A stretch of 64,000 bases of DNA from Trypanosoma brucei (GCA_000002445.1 CM000208.1:1152001-1216000); one strand, 5' to 3'; shown: positions 1 to 10,779, counted from the first letter of the stretch. Made by a program: numbers and translations. Notes: generated from the sequence alone by a model not told the origin.

Positions 1-398
1 GTCCCGGACCCGCGACCTCTTCGGTCCATTCGTCTCCATGTTGAAGAAGGAACTGTGCAAAGCGATTGAAAACCTCACGCGCGCAGTCGTCAATTACGAA
101 ATCTTCGCAAACGTCACGTAACACAACGTCAGCCAAGTGTAAAGGGGGTGGGATCCGGCTCTCTCCTGTACCTTCCATATGAAAAGCTACTTGCAGTGGC
201 ATGGAAGTCACCGCAAGATCGAAAGAGAAGAGCAAAATAAAAGCAACAAAATGTTTTCGACGGTCAAACGGCGCACTGTGGAAACGTTCGTGAAATGCAC
301 ATGTTGAACATGAATTAGAAGCACCAAATGTACAGAGAGGTAAAAAAATAATAATAATATTTGATGCACGGTATCTGTGACACGTAATCTACTACATT

Positions 399-3300
399 CT
401 ACATGATATAGACAATAACATTCATCTTGCCATTTTGCTGGTCTAAAGGAATTGAATGAACAGAAGTGGTGTTGTTCCGCCGCATCGCCTCCGCCCTTAA
501 GAGCAGCGAAGCGGTGGCAACCACATCGTCACTCCCATCGGCGCCAATCCGGAAAAATAAGACTTTGCTCTCGTTTGTTAGGGGTGTGCTCCACTCTAAC
601 TGAGTTTCCGGGAAACAGATACGGAAGAAAGCGCCCGCCGAAAAGAGTGTTTGTGTCTCGGACAACCTGCAAGTGACTCCTTTCTCTTCCTCACTACCGT
701 ACATGGCGACCTTGAGTGACCCAGCGAGGTCATTAGTTACGAGCGCAACGTTGTAGAGTCGCACTATCACCTGCGTAGCAGCCTCCCGGATAAGCACAGG
801 CGGCGAAAGGCTCCGCTGGTGAACAAAGTTGCGGAGCACATCTCGCCCGACAAGTTCCTCAACAATAATGGCGTCTCGTCCCCAATAAAACTCCTTGAAG
901 AGTGAACCAAAGAGCTGACGACTTCGTTGCCGTTGGGCTTCACGCTTAGTGACAAATGATTCCTCCTGACGGCGGAAGTAATCCATAAGAGCTTCTACTC
1001 CCGTGCGCTCTACCTCCGGTTCCTTGTGTGCGCTTCGTTGCTGCCACTCATCCTCTCGTGATATTATTCGATCAAACAGACGGCGCAAAGCCTCGTAAGA
1101 ATCTTCAACACACTTGTGGATATGGCAACGGCACACGCTCTCTTCCCTCATTAACATCAACAGTAACCTTTCATTCGTTTCGCACGCCGCAGTTTTTCTC
1201 CTTCCCTCGGGTTCCACTGTGTGAACAAGTTCATCGGAAAGACGCTGAAGGAGCTCTTCTAACGACATATATTGTGTAATAGATCGAGTCGACCAGAGCT
1301 CTTCTGAGCAGTATTTTACGGGCCGGTATCCCCCGCGTGAGATGAACAGGGCACCAATAGTTGTTTCTGCTTCGGTTATAATGCTCAAACGCCCGTCAAG
1401 CTCATCCACCTCACAGGACAAAAGATAGGGACGGCTGTACCTGAAGCTCTTTGTTAGGAATTTCCACCGTTGCTGAGCTCCCGTGCCTAAGTCTAACCGC
1501 ACGAATTGTTCCACATCCACCAACTTCTCAAGCGCAATACCACAAAGCCCCCGCTGGAACTCCACTGCTATGTCCATGCGGTTCCACTGTTCCACATCGC
1601 TAAGTATGTTCGCATATACCCATCGTCGACCGTAGGACTCACTTACAACAACCTCCTTGCGTCTACATTTCTCCCTTTCCAGCAATGCCCACTGGTCCGA
1701 ATATTGTCTCCGGTACCATTCTTCCACTAATTTGGGGTCGGGCCCAGCATACACTGGCTGCACCGGTTCATCGTCGACAGGACTGCTAGACGGCGCAGCT
1801 TCCTGAAGAACAATGACCGACCAAGCGCTGCGAGCTTCAGAAATAATCGCAATTCGTTCATTTTCTTCATCGTTCAAGAGTTTCTCGCAGAGCTGCGTTC
1901 CCAAAGTTGCATAACTGCTTCTAACCATCGACTCCCAACAGCTTGCTTCTACCTCCATAATCGCAGCTGCCCTTCCTGCTGCGGTTAATTCACATAGCTG
2001 AAGATGAGAGAACATCATCAAATTCATCGCTTCCTCTATCTCAGCCTCGATAAGCCGCTTCCGGCAGCATTCCTCCTCAGATTCAACGATCATCGCGCTT
2101 TCCATCATCCGTTTAGACCAAACAAAACTGTGATACATATTTTTAAGCTGGGTGTACTCCACACTTTCCTCTGCCCAAAGTTCTCTAAGTTTGTGAACTA
2201 CATCGTAATAGAACTCGTCGTGCTCAGCTTCAAACTTTTCTATTTGTCTCTTCTCACGGTTGTGGCACTCCCCAATTGCGTGGAAGCCGTGTCTCCACTG
2301 GTCAAACACACACATTCGCTCGTACCACTCAAGCCTGTACACAATGTCGGCAGCATCACCTGGTTTTAGCGCTTGATTGAGCAATTCCCGCCACCCAAGG
2401 TAGAACCCCACACGTATTTCCTGACGCTTCTCCATTTCGTACCTCTCAAGAACGGCACGAAGGTCCATTTCCCTGATGGGTACATTAAGCAGAAGACGTG
2501 CGACTTCTCTCATTCGTTCGTCATCAACGAGCTTTCGTCTAATCAAGGATGCACGCATAACTGAAGTCACCATGAGCCGTGAGGCGCTGTTTTCTAGTTC
2601 ATTGGCCAATATTGCAAGATTCTGGAGGCTCAGTCGCTCCAAAGAGCACCGCTCACGCTCCTCCTCAGCATCAAGTAACACAATATCACGTTTAAAGTTG
2701 TCGGAACGACAGCGAGCCCAGAAAGAGACACGATACGATTGTTGGAATAGAAGCTCCATGCCGATGTGTCGACTCGCTTCGAGGAAGCGCCTCCTGGTAA
2801 CCTCCTTGCGGCACATTCCTTCCAACTCGATTAGCTCTCTGCGTCGATCGGCTTCTACCGCTGCCATCTTCCCAAGAAAATGTCCGTACAGATTTTCAAT
2901 TCGCTCACGAGCAAATACGTTATAAGCTAAATATCTGCTATACATCTCATCCCACACAACTTTGAAGAACGCTGCCCTCTTTCCGACTTCTGAAACGGAG
3001 GCAAGCCAGAGCAAGTTGCGGCACTGCTCCTCTTCCTCACACAGTAAAGAGTATTCCTCTGCAATGTATTGTCCAGTGAGGAATGCCTTTTGCATCTTTA
3101 CTCGGCATCGTGATTCCTGGCAGGTGACAACCCCCCGCAACTCTTCCTCAAAGGCGGCGAGATCCTCGAGCGAGCTGATCCCTTTCAGCTGCCGCACCAT
3201 TTGACGCGTCCTCAAGCTCCCCTTCGCTGGCATACAGGTGACTGGCTTCACGGGTTTGTCTGATGCCTCTAGAAGTAGATCATTTAAGATACCGTAAAGC

Positions 3301-3419
3301 GGCGTGTAACCATTTTTTTCGGTCGATGCAGCGACAGCGGCGCTAACGGTGAGCACCGCTGTTTTTGGCATCGAGGCCACTTCGTAATTCCCCTTCCGAA
3401 GGGGGAGAGTAACTAACAA
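399..3419 (-). CDS. Conserved hypothetical protein of about 1000 aa with no recognisable domain
   Basis: 1006-aa uninterrupted ORF on the strand used by the whole transcription unit. No catalytic motif recognised. True start may be the internal Met at 3371 (MPKTAVLTV...). Confidence 0.55.
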   Translation of the reverse strand: MLVTLPLRKGNYEVASMPKTAVLTVSAAVAASTEKNGYTPLYGILNDLLLEASDKPVKPVTCMPAKGSLRTRQMVRQLKGISSLEDLAAFEEELRGVVTCQESRCRVKMQKAFLTGQYIAEEYSLLCEEEEQCRNLLWLASVSEVGKRAAFFKVVWDEMYSRYLAYNVFARERIENLYGHFLGKMAAVEADRRRELIELEGMCRKEVTRRRFLEASRHIGMELLFQQSYRVSFWARCRSDNFKRDIVLLDAEEERERCSLERLSLQNLAILANELENSASRLMVTSVMRASLIRRKLVDDERMREVARLLLNVPIREMDLRAVLERYEMEKRQEIRVGFYLGWRELLNQALKPGDAADIVYRLEWYERMCVFDQWRHGFHAIGECHNREKRQIEKFEAEHDEFYYDVVHKLRELWAEESVEYTQLKNMYHSFVWSKRMMESAMIVESEEECCRKRLIEAEIEEAMNLMMFSHLQLCELTAAGRAAAIMEVEASCWESMVRSSYATLGTQLCEKLLNDEENERIAIISEARSAWSVIVLQEAAPSSSPVDDEPVQPVYAGPDPKLVEEWYRRQYSDQWALLEREKCRRKEVVVSESYGRRWVYANILSDVEQWNRMDIAVEFQRGLCGIALEKLVDVEQFVRLDLGTGAQQRWKFLTKSFRYSRPYLLSCEVDELDGRLSIITEAETTIGALFISRGGYRPVKYCSEELWSTRSITQYMSLEELLQRLSDELVHTVEPEGRRKTAACETNERLLLMLMREESVCRCHIHKCVEDSYEALRRLFDRIISREDEWQQRSAHKEPEVERTGVEALMDYFRRQEESFVTKREAQRQRSRQLFGSLFKEFYWGRDAIIVEELVGRDVLRNFVHQRSLSPPVLIREAATQVIVRLYNVALVTNDLAGSLKVAMYGSEEEKGVTCRLSETQTLFSAGAFFRICFPETQLEWSTPLTNESKVLFFRIGADGSDDVVATASLLLRAEAMRRNNTTSVHSIPLDQQNGKMNVIVYIM

Positions 3420-3769
3420 AATGAAATGTAACAGTAATAAAGAAATAGAAAATAGATATTAAAAAAAAAGGAACACAATGTGACCTTGGAAAACGGCTGT
3501 TTGTTTCAACGAATGTAATGAAGAAGAAAAGACAGAAACACAATAATCAGCAGATAGAGAAGACGAACTTCCATTACATAATGTCCCCTCAGAGAAGGAA
3601 AGAAGAAAAGAAGGAAGGGGGTGAAGAAAACAACAGAGGATAAACCTTCTCTCTTAAGCACGTAGTTGGTTCCACGAGGGCCCCGTATGTATTTGAGCGC
3701 CCACCGAATGTTGACAACCTTAAGTAGGCAAGTGCCGCCACAGGAAGAAAACGGGGAGATAAGTACTCC

Positions 3770-4744
3770 TCAGCTGGCTTTCCGGAAGCACAACGAGCGG
3801 TACAGTGTGGCCAGTTCCATTTCACCTCCGACCAAATAGCGCTCCTTATTTTTGGAGGGGTCGTCCTTATAAGTCTCATAGAATGAGCCAAAGTGTTTGG
3901 AGAACTTCACCATCTCCTCCAGACCGTGCTGTTTCGCACAATCGCGGACATAGTCGAGTGGGACAACATACTCATCACAGTCTACAAACCCATCGAGATT
4001 GAAACGATATCTCGTTCCGACCACTAGTCTGTCGTATTCAAACTGAGGCTCAGAATCGAAGTGGATAGAAAACAAGCCTTTGCTCTCCATCCGGTTCGCC
4101 GCAACACGCTTCGCCAGAACTTCTTCATCGACAGTTGTTGCAATGAATACACCTTCAGGGGCCAAAGCTCTGGCAATTGCTCCCAATAACATGTCAATAC
4201 GTTCGAGCGTATCACAAGCATAGTGAAACGCGAACTGGATGGAAACAATGTCAAATTTTCCAAAATGCTGAGTAAGGGGTAATTCGCGAAGGAGAAAATC
4301 CTCACTAAAGCAATCCTTAACAGTAAATGAGCAACGACACACGGTGTCCGGAGCAATTTTTTTGTATCGGCTTTCCGCCTCGGCAATACATTCTGGCGAC
4401 ACATCGTAACACTCCACATACGCGGCTTTTGTTAGACGCTCACGCGGCAACTTTGCCGTCGCAAAACTGAGCTCAGGACTTTGGCAATGCAGCCATTTTC
4501 CCAGATCACCGCCCCTTCCGCTGGCCAAGTCAAGCACGATAGCATCGCGCCTTCCCGTTGTTACCTTAATATGGTCCAGTGCACACTGAATAAGGCACTT
4601 TTTCACGTAGTTACTGAAGAAACGAAATGGCGTTTCTTTGCTTTTCATATCTCCAGCGCGCTTCTTTACGACTTGGTCGTATGAAGCTGCAGTCCGTAGG
4701 CTCTCCATTAAGGTTACGCTTTCACCCCTTTTACGGCAGTTCAT
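3770..4744 (-). CDS. CMT1: mRNA cap (guanine-N7) methyltransferase
   Basis: Class-I SAM-binding motif VLDLASGRGGDLGKW matches the cap N7-MTase motif VLDLGCGKGGDL-KW. Rossmann-fold MTase layout. The ORF track runs upstream to 4837 through low-complexity hydrophobic sequence. Met at 4744 (MNCRKRG) gives about 324 aa; Met at 4708 (MESLR) is an alternative. Confidence 0.75.
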   Translation of the reverse strand: MNCRKRGESVTLMESLRTAASYDQVVKKRAGDMKSKETPFRFFSNYVKKCLIQCALDHIKVTTGRRDAIVLDLASGRGGDLGKWLHCQSPELSFATAKLPRERLTKAAYVECYDVSPECIAEAESRYKKIAPDTVCRCSFTVKDCFSEDFLLRELPLTQHFGKFDIVSIQFAFHYACDTLERIDMLLGAIARALAPEGVFIATTVDEEVLAKRVAANRMESKGLFSIHFDSEPQFEYDRLVVGTRYRFNLDGFVDCDEYVVPLDYVRDCAKQHGLEEMVKFSKHFGSFYETYKDDPSKNKERYLVGGEMELATLYRSLCFRKAS

Positions 4745-5200
4745 AGAAAAAAAGATGAATGAAACGATACAGCAAAATTCATACAATATCAACAAATACA
4801 TCTTCATCCGCTTGAAAACTTTAAAAGAAACACGCATATACGCAGCACAAACACGAAAGGAGGAAAGCAGAACAACCCTGCTGCCCGCCTTTTCTTTGAT
4901 TTGTTACCTTCCACTCACCTGCTCTCAGGGAGAGCAGTTTCCTCTTCACCTAACTTTCTTTTCCTGCTGACCTTGTGTCCTTACCTTCAGTGCTTCTGCA
5001 ATATGCGCTTCTCTCCCCCTTTATCTGATTCCTCCTCCTCCTCGTCTTCGTCTTCAAAATTCACTTTCTTTCCTGGTGCCGCTTTTAATGTTACCCCAAG
5101 GTTGCGCCTCATTCGCACGTGAGGTGAAACTAGAATCAAGAAAACGGGAGTTCGACGAAACTATATGAAAGGCAACTAAAGAGGTTCCAATCCAAGACGG

Positions 5201-6277
5201 TCACGGATAACTGGATAGCGCTGCGAGTGCGCGATTAACAACACGAACCACCATTGTGGTGGCAGTGATCACTTCATTTCCGCCAAAATCAACACCGAGT
5301 CGAAATCCACAAACACGAAGCAATTGGAGAGCCGGCCGTACAGGAGCCAACTTGGTGCAGAAAGCATTCGTAGATGTTTTTAGCAACCGTTTTGATGTGT
5401 CGAACGGGTTGTCACGAATATTCGTTAAAATTGTTCGAAGCATCTTTAAGCATTGTTGTGCCGTGACGGCGTCATTAAAATTTGCTACTGCAGCGGCGAG
5501 TTCCGGAAGGGAAGAGGCAGCCATGGGAGGCTCGTTGGTGAACACCTCATCCAATGATACAGGAGGCGGTGCCGCCAAGCTCTGAAGGTTCCATACCGTA
5601 GGGGCAGTTCCCGTTTGCGACGTGCCATGTTGCCACTGCTCCATGTCCACCTGAGCTAACGCCTGTTCACGCTTTTTACGTGCCTCTTCTTCAATTTCCT
5701 CCTCCGCTTTCCGTCTTGCCTCCTCAGGCATGGAACCCTCGCGAATAAACTTGTCCGTGAGAATTTGTATCCTGACCCGGCGGCGGGCGGCGAGGTCCTG
5801 TTGCTTCTGCTTCCGAACGGCTTCAAGCTCCGCTTCCCTTCGGATCTTATCAAGTTCTTCCTTCACCTCGATAGCCTTTCTGCCCATGGAAACTCGTTTG
5901 CGCTCATCCTCCAGGGCCTGTCTCTTTTCCTCCTCCATCTTGGCTCGTGCTTTCCCGCGAAGTTCCTGCACCTTTGCCTCCCGTTCCGCTTCAGTCAGCA
6001 CCCTTTTCACCCTTACCACAACCTCCACCCCCTCCTCCAGAGGTGTATTGAGCTCGGGATGATCCTCGTGCATTGTTATCCACTGTGTGCAGGTACCTTC
6101 ATCCACACAACCCGCTACTATAGACTTTTTAATTGCGTTTTCACTGAAACCCTTCGCCTGTAGCGATTCAAACAGAGATTGACTTATGTAGTACTTCCTC
6201 TTTTCACTGTCAGAGTGCTCAGAATCACTTTGACAGTCACGTGTACTTACGTCGTGTTCCCCATTTCGGTCAGTCAT
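5201..6277 (-). CDS. UBA-like plus PUB domain protein with a central charged coiled-coil
   Basis: N-terminal UBA-like segment LQAKGFSENAIKKSIVAG...TQWITMHEDHPELN. Long E/K/R-rich coiled-coil. C-terminal PUB-like segment NPFDTSKRLLKTSTNAFCTKLAPVRPALQLLRVCGF. The ORF track start at 6469 adds a hydrophobic junk-like leader; Met at 6277 (MTDRNGEHD) is preferred. Confidence 0.45.
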   Translation of the reverse strand: MTDRNGEHDVSTRDCQSDSEHSDSEKRKYYISQSLFESLQAKGFSENAIKKSIVAGCVDEGTCTQWITMHEDHPELNTPLEEGVEVVVRVKRVLTEAEREAKVQELRGKARAKMEEEKRQALEDERKRVSMGRKAIEVKEELDKIRREAELEAVRKQKQQDLAARRRVRIQILTDKFIREGSMPEEARRKAEEEIEEEARKKREQALAQVDMEQWQHGTSQTGTAPTVWNLQSLAAPPPVSLDEVFTNEPPMAASSLPELAAAVANFNDAVTAQQCLKMLRTILTNIRDNPFDTSKRLLKTSTNAFCTKLAPVRPALQLLRVCGFRLGVDFGGNEVITATTMVVRVVNRALAALSSYP

Positions 6278-6702
6278 CGGCACTATGTCGTCTTCCCCCA
6301 CGCAGACCCCGAAAGAGATGAGCAGTAACGCAACAAAACAATACCAAAGAAAAAAAACGCCAAGCAAAAATCTGTAGTGGTAAAAATACAGATGCAACCC
6401 CAGCGAGGATCTGCCCTGCTGACGTGTATACACGCGTGCATTTTGGACAATTTCACAAAAGGGGGTCAATTAGCACTAGTGGTGTAATGTGGGAACAAAG
6501 CAGCTGAGAAGGGGGATCAAAGGTGTTAAAAATCAAGGAAAGGAGAACAGTGCTGTCTTGCTTTCCCTCTCAAAGGAAAGCACACAAAGGCACACACATC
6601 CACATACATATGCGTGTACCGATATGAATATACGAAAGACGGGTGATGAGGCAGGCATCCGCCGCAGCAGAAAAAAAAAAATGGACTGCTGCCGCCTTTT
6701 AT

Positions 6703-8139
6703 TCACCCGACGGAGGTGCTCGCCTCGGTGGATGACTGCAAGCGGGGCCGCAACGTAATGGTCGATAAACGTGGCTCCCCCAACCTGTTGTACGTACAAC
6801 ACCATACGGCCCGATGGGCACAGGGCTTGTGAACCGCCTCCTCTACCGGCGGGCCTCCAAAGAATGAAAGTATCGCTCGCAACACGGCTTGGTGAGCAAC
6901 AACTAATATTCCTTTGCGTGTAGCATTAAGGTCATACAGGATAGGTACCAGCCGGCGTTTCAGATCGTGGTAAGATTCGCCGTTGGGGTAACGGAACCCA
7001 GCCTTATCTGTGTGACGGAAAAACTGGATACTCGGGTACTGCTCCTTTACCTCGTTGGCTGTCATGTCTTCACACACACCGGCGTGAATCTCGTTTAGCA
7101 TTTTAAATGCCTTTAAGTTTCCATTCGTGAGAACGTCGGCTGAAGGTTGCGCTGTGTGCCTCGTACGCTTCAACTGGCTACACCAAACCTCAAATCCCTC
7201 CGTTTCATCCCATATCGAATCTCTTGTCGCAAAGAGCCGGGGGTTCCGCACCACCTGATCGCGAAAAAACTCCGCCAACGTCAGCGCATCGTCCACACCC
7301 AGAGGCGTAATGTCCGGGTCTCCACCGAGGCGATCCTCCAAATTGTACTCCGACTGCCCATGCCGTGTAAAGAAGAGCGGACACCCCGACCGCAGTGTCT
7401 CCTCGGGGGATCCGGACAGAGGCTCGTGAAGATGAATATGGTGGAGCGTCGGAAGGCAACTGTTGAGGTAACTCGTTATTTTTGCACAGGTGCTACTTCC
7501 ACGGCACTTAGTCAGACGGTAAGCGGGTTGCCTTAAACATACGTTAATATAGCTGCAATCCACTGGATTGCTTTCCCTCCAACTATCCCCAAACCAGATA
7601 TGGCGCACGAAAAGGTTTTCCATGCTCCCAAGCATTTTGTGCACTGTATCGTATGCCGCCTGTGACTCGCAGTCCGCTAGGACTATTACCACCGGTTCCG
7701 TTAAGGTACCGCGCTTTCGAGCTGACTCGACGTGCTCGAGCGATTTTGCCAAACACGTTTCCATGCATTTCCTCCACGCAGCAGCATCATCTTCATGTCG
7801 ATAGACGTTAAAATCCCGCGGCGAGGGGCCGGCAAGAAAAAAAGCAGCGTCCTTATAACACCAAAGAAGATAGTGAAGGAGTTTCGTGCAGAAGAACCGC
7901 GCCACCAGACCGCAGTTCGGGGGGGAGCTCACCAGGACAAACACTGCGCTCACAGAAGTACTTAAACTACTTCCAGGCACATTCTCGCTGCCTTCCCTCT
8001 GGCACCAGGGAGGGGCGGTAAAAGCGTACTCATCTGCTCGATTAAATGGTCCGACAAAACGACAGAAGTCAATCGAATTCTCCTCGAGTCGATCACTAAT
8101 TTTGATGTTACTTTGCAAAGGGATCGTTGACTGAGTCAT
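6703..8139 (-). CDS. 6-phosphofructo-2-kinase/fructose-2,6-bisphosphatase-like protein
   Basis: C-terminal histidine-phosphatase (PGAM-family) domain with the RHG motif (LFFTRHGQSEYN) and second catalytic His region (ILVVAHQAVLRAIL), as in FBPase-2. N-terminal half resembles the 6PF2K domain, but I cannot find a Walker A P-loop. Confidence 0.7.
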   Translation of the reverse strand: MTQSTIPLQSNIKISDRLEENSIDFCRFVGPFNRADEYAFTAPPWCQREGSENVPGSSLSTSVSAVFVLVSSPPNCGLVARFFCTKLLHYLLWCYKDAAFFLAGPSPRDFNVYRHEDDAAAWRKCMETCLAKSLEHVESARKRGTLTEPVVIVLADCESQAAYDTVHKMLGSMENLFVRHIWFGDSWRESNPVDCSYINVCLRQPAYRLTKCRGSSTCAKITSYLNSCLPTLHHIHLHEPLSGSPEETLRSGCPLFFTRHGQSEYNLEDRLGGDPDITPLGVDDALTLAEFFRDQVVRNPRLFATRDSIWDETEGFEVWCSQLKRTRHTAQPSADVLTNGNLKAFKMLNEIHAGVCEDMTANEVKEQYPSIQFFRHTDKAGFRYPNGESYHDLKRRLVPILYDLNATRKGILVVAHQAVLRAILSFFGGPPVEEAVHKPCAHRAVWCCTYNRLGEPRLSTITLRPRLQSSTEASTSVG

Positions 8140-8473
8140 ATAATCTCACACCCCACTCCTACTTGCGCTATTCACACATAGGTAACAAAAGAGACGTGTT
8201 TACGAGCATACTCACTAGCAGTATTACAATTTCATCCATACATGCAAAGTAAAGAAGGGCACTCAAAAGCATCCCCTGCAACGCAAGAACACCTTTGACA
8301 AAAAATGTTACAGAGCGAATACACGCACCCGCTCATATACGTGTATATAGTCACACCTACGTACGAATGCACACGCACGTACGGTTCCACACACTTACAG
8401 AACCACACAAAACAACATGTCATTAACAACAACTCCAACAATCATCGACACGGCAAACCGCATTGCAAGTCGG

Positions 8474-9337
8474 CTACCGCTTCCCATCCTCCAACATCAT
8501 CTTCTGAATGATTTCATCCTTCTGCTGTAGTAACTCACGGCGCCTTTGATCCGTAAGAGCCGGCACGAACGCGCGTGAAGCTGATCTCCGTTGCTTGTGA
8601 CTGTCACCCTTCATGACGAAACGGTAGCCAAACTTCAGAAATGCAAAGACCATTAACATTATAACCAATGGAACCGGCGACTCGGAGTCCTCCCCTTCAG
8701 CTCTGTTGATCCTAAAAATAGCACTGCAGTTACTCGTTTTCCCAGCGAGCAGAAACACTATGAGGAATCTGTCACTTTTCATACCCTCAATCCAATATCC
8801 TTGCAAATTGAACGGTGCCCTTGCGCATCCACTATCATCAGCAGGGATATGCAACGGTTGCGGTTCTCTTAGCAAGCCACCAAGCTTCGTCTCCCCGCGT
8901 TCCTGTAGCAGCGGGATCAACTTCGCGTCGGTGCAGTTGGAGAGGCGAAGGCCGTCGACCGTTATTTTCATCCTCAGTGAATCCGGTAATGTCAGTGACC
9001 ACTCAGTAGGAACACACTGAACAGATTGATCCGCCTCGTTCGTAAAAATAGAGAAGAAACTGACGACTGACATGACGGCATTCGACAAAACACTTTGCAA
9101 GACCTCACGCCGTAACAGTACTTCCTCGCTCGATACCTCCAACACGAAACCCGTACGCTGCGGCTGGTTACCGGAAAGCCAAAAAACACTCCAATTCCCT
9201 TTCATTTTTCCGTAGAAAACGCTCCTGTCTGAAACGGCTGCAACCGAAGAGGCCTTCACAGTCCTCCAACTACAAACACCCACAACCGTGACGAAGAGAG
9301 ACAGCACCACCCATCCCCTCCAGCTTGCATTCATCAT
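8474..9337 (-). CDS. Hypothetical membrane or secretory protein
   Basis: N-terminal signal-peptide-like segment (WVVLSLFVTVVGVCS), several N-glycosylation sequons, and a C-proximal hydrophobic segment (LVIMLMVFAFLKFGY). No known domain recognised. Confidence 0.4.
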   Translation of the reverse strand: MMNASWRGWVVLSLFVTVVGVCSWRTVKASSVAAVSDRSVFYGKMKGNWSVFWLSGNQPQRTGFVLEVSSEEVLLRREVLQSVLSNAVMSVVSFFSIFTNEADQSVQCVPTEWSLTLPDSLRMKITVDGLRLSNCTDAKLIPLLQERGETKLGGLLREPQPLHIPADDSGCARAPFNLQGYWIEGMKSDRFLIVFLLAGKTSNCSAIFRINRAEGEDSESPVPLVIMLMVFAFLKFGYRFVMKGDSHKQRRSASRAFVPALTDQRRRELLQQKDEIIQKMMLEDGKR

Positions 9338-9516
9338 TCTCCTTTTCTCTTAATTTCCGGTATTGCTCACGAAAAGGTTGTGAACAGCCAGTAAACAGTG
9401 AAAAAGTGCCGAACTTACATATACGCCCATGGAGGAATGAGAAGGGGGAAATAAAGAAGTGATGTGCGCAGACCACTACGCGAATGATATGTGGTGCGAC
9501 CCAAGCGCCACCAACG

Positions 9517-10068
9517 TTACCCACCAAGCAAAAACGGCCGCTTCGCGAACGCCATCCAAAATTTGTTCCCCGTTCCATCTTCCTCAGGAAACAGGAAGAT
9601 TTTTTCAACGAGCCGACTTCCCGCCTCTACACGAAGCTGCGTGGCATACGATTTCCATCTATCTTGCTCAGAGTCATCTCCTGGTGAAAAAAAGCGGCTG
9701 AACACGAACCCTTCATCCACGGGAGCAACGACGCCCTCCACGGCGCGGTTAAGCATTGCCTTCTGAGCCTCATTACGATTAAGACCAACCAAACTTTTGA
9801 TGCATTCGTGAAGGTACCACGTGAGGTATAAGATAACGCGATCTCCCGCTCCCCTGATGGGAAACGCGCGTCTAACCAAATGTGTTTTTAGAAAGTACAG
9901 CGCTTCGTCAACTATGTCTTGTGGTTCCCCCTCCCCCTCGATGGGATCTATCACCTCACTCATGGGTCGCGAAGGACCGTTGGGAGTGTCCAGTGAGGTA
10001 CGGCGCAACGGATACACGCCACAACCAAGTAAAGTGCTCTCCTCATAACCGTTCCACTGACTCTCCAT
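9517..10068 (-). CDS. ARPC3: Arp2/3 complex subunit 3 (ARPC3, p21)
   Basis: Collinear with ARPC3: DIVDEALYFLKTHLV...DRVILYLTWYLHECIKSL aligns to DIVDEAIYYFKANVF...DRTLIYITLYISECLKKL. YATQLRVEAGSRLVEKIF aligns to YLQQLRQETGLRLCEKVF. KFWMAFAKRPF aligns to KWWTCFVKRQF. Length about 180 aa fits. Confidence 0.75.
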   Translation of the reverse strand: MESQWNGYEESTLLGCGVYPLRRTSLDTPNGPSRPMSEVIDPIEGEGEPQDIVDEALYFLKTHLVRRAFPIRGAGDRVILYLTWYLHECIKSLVGLNRNEAQKAMLNRAVEGVVAPVDEGFVFSRFFSPGDDSEQDRWKSYATQLRVEAGSRLVEKIFLFPEEDGTGNKFWMAFAKRPFLLGG

Positions 10069-10308
10069 TTCAAATTTCTAAAACTGTGTCGTAATAAAGG
10101 TGAGGAAACGGGAGTGTACAGGGAACGATACTACAGGGACAAATACAACTTTTGTGGCATTTTGCGTATGGCTACGCTACGTCCAAAGCCGTCACAGCCC
10201 AATGGACACCGGCAGAAGCAGCAACGACAGCAAATTTTAAAAAAAGGTCTTGCAGCCCTTTCACGCAAAATGACAAAGATAGACACGAGTAGTGAAGAAT
10301 CAGGCACT

Positions 10309-10779
10309 TCAAGGCTTCTTAACGGTATTCATCACGTTAGTGCGAAGGAGATCGTCAACCTTCCCTTGTTTGGACTCCATCTCCAACTCACGTTGATGTC
10401 GCCACACGCGCATCCTCAGCCCGTCCTCCTCCATCACTCTCTGCAGCTCGTTCTGATTGTACGGGTACCTCTCGAAAATACCCGTCCTCATCATGCCGCT
10501 ACCATAACGCTCAACGTAAAACATAACCTCCTTCCTCCCCAACCACCTGTAATCATCAAGCGGCTCCTCACCGCTTTTAGAGCGAGCACACCTCCACAGC
10601 AGCTTCGCAAGCTGAAATTGATTAACCGGGGAGTCAAGACGCAAAAATGAACCCATGAAGTCCTGAAAACGATCATCACAGCGCCACGGACGCATACCGT
10701 AATATATACTGCGACCGGTAACTACGTTAAGAGCCTCTGGTGCATCCACAACCCTAGAATAATGAGGTGTGCTACCCAT
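10309..10779 (-). CDS. Hypothetical protein, 156 aa
   Basis: ORF on the transcription-unit strand in an otherwise gene-dense region. No motif recognised. Confidence 0.4.
   Translation of the reverse strand: MGSTPHYSRVVDAPEALNVVTGRSIYYGMRPWRCDDRFQDFMGSFLRLDSPVNQFQLAKLLWRCARSKSGEEPLDDYRWLGRKEVMFYVERYGSGMMRTGIFERYPYNQNELQRVMEEDGLRMRVWRHQRELEMESKQGKVDDLLRTNVMNTVKKP

Noticed and set aside
3343-3891. Small minus-strand ORFs (66 and 100 aa) in the spacer between the 1006-aa gene and CMT1
   Set aside because: They are low-complexity (poly-Phe/Leu/Ser) translations of pyrimidine tracts, typical of trans-splicing and polyadenylation spacers.
5201-6469. Treating the full 422-aa ORF as the protein
   Set aside because: The first 64 residues are a Leu/Phe/Cys-rich hydrophobic leader with no support. 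The start probably lies at Met 6277.
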